Positions 58,701 to 64,000 of a stretch of 64,000 bases of DNA are shown one piece after another. The stretch is from Monocercomonoides exilis PA203. Lineage: Eukaryota > Protista > Preaxostyla. Under the pieces are notes generated by a model, which saw only the letters and a list, made by a program, of their open reading frames with translations, had not been told where the DNA came from and ran no database searches. The position numbers were made by a program, and so were the translations under genes. The stretch spans positions 124,001 through 188,000 of the forward strand of contig LSRY02000016.1 in assembly GCA_001643675.2 (NCBI GenBank), written 5' to 3'. Within the stretch, counting starts at the first letter, position 1. Every line of letters begins with the position of its first letter.

Positions 58701-61700
58701 AAGAAGCAGTGATGGAGATGAAGATAATGAAGATGAAGAGGAAAGTGAAGATGAATATAACGTTTATTACATTGAAGGGGAGAAAAAGAAAAAGAAGGGA
58801 ACTAAAAATGGAGGGAAAAAAGATAAGAAAAATGAAAAAGGAGAAGATTCCAAGCAGAAAAAAGGTACTGAAAGAGGGAAAAAACAAGGTGAAAACAAAC
58901 CGTTTGTGTCAAGTATTCTTCGTCCAAAGAAAGACAAAGAGACAGACGAAGAGAGACGAAGCAGAAAGCGGCGGACGAAGCTTGTTGCAGCCGAAAGAGA
59001 AAGAAAACGGAGAGAGCGAGAAATACAACTAGCACAGGAGGAAGAGCAGGCTGATGATCCCGATGCGCAGATCCGGAAGAAGTACGCTGAAGGCATCGAA
59101 GGCTTCTTGGAGAAAGACTCAATTCCATATGAAGCGCTTCCACCGTTTTCGTCAGTCATCAACCCGAAGTGGGCGCACCACAGCGGGCTGTCGAATCTCG
59201 GGGTGCATGTGACATCTGACATCTTCATGAAGCCAGATGTATTTGACCGCACAGGACTGACGCCGGAGGAGATGAGACACGTGGCACATATTGGGAAGGT
59301 AGTGGCAGAGTACATGGTGGAGGTGAGGCAGCAGTATGAGTATGTGGTGAAGATGGAGATACACGACTCAATTGCACTGGAGAAACAGGAGCAGAAGAGG
59401 AAAGAGAAACTGCAGCTGAAGAATAGGCTATTTGGAAAATCCAAAGCAATAACAGATGGAAAAGAAGATAACAAAAACGAAAAAGAGAGCAAATATGATA
59501 CTCAAGAAAATGACAATCATGATCCTGATATTGCAAACAATGCTGCTGACGTTTCTATGACTCCATTACAATTATCAGCACAGGCAACTTCACAAACATC
59601 ACCACTTTCATACACTTCTCCATATGCCGCTCTCTTTTCTTCGACATTCACACCCAGATCAATCCAGTCACTTTCTGCCACATCGACTTTCCCGCAAAAC
59701 GCATCCAATATCTCTTCAATGACAGCGGCAGGTTCATCGTCATCATTCTCCTCTCCATCAAGCATTTCCTCCTTCGACGTTACCAATCCGACCTCTGCTC
59801 TTCTCCCTGCCCATCTCAGAACCGTCCCACCACACTCCGAATGGTCTGCCATCGATGAGCTCCTGTCTGTGCGCCACCGCTTCCGCAGCTCCATCCACCA
59901 CCTCCAGCTCACCTTCCACTTATCACACCCAGTCATACTGAAGGCTGCCCAGCGCGCCTGGAGTGCCATCCACGCAATGCAGTTCCGATCTTTCCTGTGG
60001 ATTCCTGCGCCTTTCCCATCGCCCATCGACCCAGACCTGATTCCTCCGCCTCCGAAGATCAAAACACTCGCCATGATGTTTGAGGAGGAAGAGCGGAACC
60101 AGCTGCGGCTGAAGCTGAAGAAGGATGCTGAAGAAGCTTCAAGACAAATAGGAGATGGAGACGATGAAGAAGGAAAGAGCGGAGCAGATGGCACAACCCT
60201 TTCTGGCACTTCTTTGAGGCCTGGCTCGATGAATGCGTCGAAGACAGTCCAGCTGCATGGGCCAATTGGAGCAGACGATGCACTTGCACTTCTCAGCGGA
60301 GGCTCGTTGCACGGTGGCAGCGGACTGTCTGTACTTTCAGTCAGCACAATGTTCAACCCTCCCGTTCGCCCATCGCCAATTCCAGCAGCACCTCCGATGA
60401 TCCCTGCAGGAAATAAAGCAGCGCATCAGACGCTTCCTGTACAGCAATCTGCTTCTGCCTCATCTTCGTCGAACTCTGCAACCAGCACAGACAATGCAGT
60501 CGTCAGCGGATTAGCAACCGTCGACCCAACAACAGGAGCACTGGTGTTTCAGGACTCGCTCACCACAACCGACGAGGATGCGCTTTCGCAGCCAATCCCA
60601 CTCGATTTGCCGCGCTATCGTCGTGCGCTGTCTGCTGCCTTAGACACAGCCATCTCCTTTGTGAATGTGGTGACACTCGAAGCATTAGGCTCATTGGTGA
60701 TGGACGCCCACGAGCGCATTAAGGACAAAGGGAATTTGGCTCGCTCGCAGCCGTTGCTGATGAAGCTGGTGGCTGTTATCAATTACATGCTGGAGCATAC
60801 AGTTGGTTTTACACTGACAGAGTCATTCAGATTGTTCATTGCGATGTTCCGACAGTTCAGAGACTCATTTCCACAGGATTATTTACCGAATATAAGACAA
60901 TCACAGGCACTTGCATTGGAGGAAAGACGAGCAAAAGAGAGAGAAAGAGAAAGAGAGAGGCGAGAAAAGCTCAGAGAAATGAGAAGAATCAGACAGTTAA
61001 AACGGTTGGAAGCACAGATGAAAAGAGAAAACGGAGAATACGGCAGTGGAGATGAGGATGACGCATTGGTATCTTTCTCATCAAGCCAGTCGCCCAGACA
61101 GCCTGAACACTCAACAAGCCCGTTTCAATCAACTCTCAAGAGACAAAACCGGCCATCATCTGCACCGAGGCAGCAGAACACGTTTCTGCATCCATCAGAT
61201 GTCCAGTTCATTGATGATCTTTCAGTGGACAATCCACCAGAATACCAAGGAAGGAGGCACAGGAAGGGCAACACAAGAGACAGCCATCGGATGTACCACT
61301 CGCAAGACCCAGCAGACAGAGGAAGAGGAGGAAGGAGAGATGATCGAGGTGGAGATAACAGAAGCCCTTATGCAATGAACGACCCATTGCGCCAGTTTGC
61401 TTTGCATTCTGCCCTTTCGATGGAGGAAGTTGTGGCGTTAGTGACGAAATGCAGCTCTGAGCTGCCGCCTCTGTTCCTCATCAATGTTGTGATGAAGAAG
61501 TCCACATTTGCCTTCGATCCTCCAATCACCTCGTTCCGCGACGCCACCTGCCGCGCCATCGACAGAGCAGTGCACGTGGCGAATGTGTTTCCTGTGTTTG
61601 AGATTCCTTCTCTGCCTGCACACACCAAAAGGCAATTCCTCAACATCGTGCACGATCAATCGCTGCTCGACTCCTCCCGCTCTGTTGTGAACGCGCTCTT

Positions 61701-64000
61701 TGACGAATTGGAGGCTGGCCCCATCGCCCTTGTTGCCTCGTTCAGCCGCTATGCCCCATTTCTGACGCTTCCACCAGCCGAGTTCCGCAAAGTGCTGTTC
61801 TCTCGCTCCACAGTTGTGAGCGACATTGCCGCAGAAATCAAGTCAATTGAAGCGACACTCGAAGAAGTGGCAGTTAACATTCCACCATTTCTGATTGTTG
61901 GCATCTTCTGCATCGACTTCCGCAAAACAAGACAATCCTTCTTCAATGCACTCGGTGCTCTGAGACAAGAACTGCTGGAGGCGCTCTCAAATGAATGCTC
62001 TGATGAATGCAGATCGATCATCGCAGAATTCAAGGGATATGACGAAGAACTGTCACAGCTTCCGAAAACAACAGAAGAGCTGTTTGCACTGAACAATCGT
62101 GTGGATGAGCTGATGGGCATTATCCAACAGAGAGAAAGAGACATTGCAATGCTTGGCTCTCGCTACAAGGTTCTCGAGTCCTTCCATTTCCCTCCGTCAC
62201 AAGAAGATTCCCAAGTTCGATGGGAATGCTTTGTTGCACCAGCAAAGCTTACAAAGAAGATTCAGGGCCTGCCCCGCATCATCAGATCCCTTCGAGCAGG
62301 AATGGTGGCACAGCTGCAGAAGAGTCAGGAGGCGCTGAAGCAAAGGGTGATTGAACTGACAACCTCTGCATCGCACTTTGATCTTGTGGACGACTTCGAC
62401 CAGGCAGACACACACGCACAGGAGGCAGCGTTGGTTCTGGCGCAGATCGACGAGGCGCGGAGTCTGGCTGAGAAGTATGCGAACCAGGAGGAGATGCTGA
62501 AGCTCCCGCAGCACACACACCCAGAAGCTGATCTGCTGCGAGACACGTTTGAGCCCGTGGCGACACTGTGGAAGGCGATCAGCGAGTGGTCAAAGTGCAC
62601 GTTCACTTGGACAAACACCTCCTTCCACGAAATAGACGCATACAACATCGCAGTCACCACAGACAACATTGAGCAGGTTCTGTCGCGTATCATCGCACTC
62701 TTTGCAGACGACAAGAAGAAGTCCATTTTGGCTGATCTGGCAATGCAGGTGAAGCAGCAGGTCGATGCCTTCCAGACAAGAATACCAATGGTGCTGAAAA
62801 TGTCGAATCCTTCTATTAAGGCACGCCATTGGCAGCTGATTGCAAAGGAAATCCGCAAGCCCATCCAATACGGTGCGCCAGACTTTACTCTGGGGACGAT
62901 GCTGGAGATGAAGCTGGAGAAGTACCCGAAGATCCTAACAATCGCAGACAATGCCACAGCCGAGCATGCAATAGAGACAGGACTCGACCGGATGTCATCT
63001 GAGCTGAGCCAGGCATGCTTCTCTGTGGTGCCCTACAAATCCACAGGCACCTTCGTCATCTCGCAGACCCGCGACATCACAATGCTGATCGACGAGCAGC
63101 GGGCAGCTGTGCAGACATTCCTCTCTTCTCCACTGATCGATCAATACGAGTCCCGTGCGCAGAACTGGCTCGCCATCCTCAGCCGCATCAGCGCTACAGT
63201 CGCTGCGTGGGTGCGCTGCCAGAAGCTGTGGCTGTTCTACGCGCCTGTCTTCCAGGGCGCAGACATCGTCCAGCGGAGGCCACACGAAGTGCGAAAGTTC
63301 CAAGCTGTAGACACCGCCTGGCGTAAGCTGATGGCTGTGGCTGCAAACAACCCCCATGTGCTGGCGGTGTGTGGGCCACAGGGAAGGAGCAAAGCATACT
63401 CCACTCTGGTTGAGTGCAACCAGCTGCTGGAGTCGGTGCGGGTGGGGCTGGGGAAGTATTTGGATGGGAAGCGCATTGCCTTCCCTCGGTTGTACTTCCT
63501 CTCAAACGAGGAGCTGCTCGACCTTCTCTCACGCGCACGCGATCCAACAGAGAACGTGCCGCACATTGCAAAAGTGTTCAACAGTGTGTCTTCAGTCGTG
63601 CTGGCGAACAACAAGATTGTGGCGCTATCGTCTCCAGGCAACGAGAGGTTGCAGTTGCAGAATGAGGTTGTTGTGGAAGGGTTTGATGCTGACCAGTGGC
63701 TGCTTTCGGTGCAGTCCTCGATGAGAGCGACACTCAGCATTCAGATCACAACAGCACTCGCAATGATTGGATATGCCATCACGTCTCAGATGCTCTTCCA
63801 GTCAACTGTTTCTTCCTCTTCCTCTTCTTCCTCTTCAGCATCTTCCTCATCAAACACCACTTCATCCACATTCGCCACTTCATCCACCGCACAACCCATG
63901 TTTTCACCTCAGCCTTCACTTCAATCGTCTCCCTTGGAATCATTTCATTCATCTCATTCATTGGCACAAACAGATGCATTACGAGGTGCCCAAGAACAAA
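55703..64000 (+). CDS. Axonemal dynein heavy chain (inner-arm, DNAH1-like), 5' part; continues beyond the window
   Basis: Exon 55703-55978, intron 55979-56055, then a frame from 56056 that appears open to the window end (spot-checked; absent from the ORF track because it has no stop). N-terminal YFLIEW...SRLNLRFSSDDPDIFAERL; DHC_N2 motifs NPSIKARHW, CQKLWLFYAPVF and KRIAFPRLYFLSNEELLDLLS. Confidence 0.9.

Noticed and set aside
56216-63979. Many ORFs of 60-280 aa on both strands
   Set aside because: Shadow or antisense frames of the dynein heavy chain exon.
1-64000. Genome-wide TAA/TAG=Gln code
   Set aside because: Multi-kilobase ORFs are open in the standard code, and conserved RPL8 ends at TAA at the expected position.

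Overview
AT-rich, intron-containing eukaryotic protist DNA in the standard genetic code. The gene families, Ser-rich low-complexity proteins and intron style suggest an oxymonad such as Monocercomonoides (inference, not verified). In order, the window holds: a 5'-truncated TTLL12-like gene; a 4-kb intergenic nest of several TIR/foldback (MITE-like) elements; a 2512-aa receptor-like surface protein with a degenerate kinase tail; a hypothetical gene; a spliced minus-strand gene fusing a pseudokinase to four tandem metacaspase-like domains; a Ser-rich hypothetical gene; a small MRH/ATG27-like membrane protein; HAP2/GCS1; a TmcB-like multi-pass membrane protein with a C-terminal hemerythrin domain; a ZSWIM2-like E3 ligase; a perfect 169-bp-arm palindrome; tRNA-Ala(CGC); GCNA; RPL8; and the 5' part of an axonemal dynein heavy chain. 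The most striking item is the pseudokinase-metacaspase gene (19874-27735), which the ORF track splits into pieces. Only its fourth protease repeat keeps the His-Cys dyad, and that repeat lies downstream of a single in-frame TAG.
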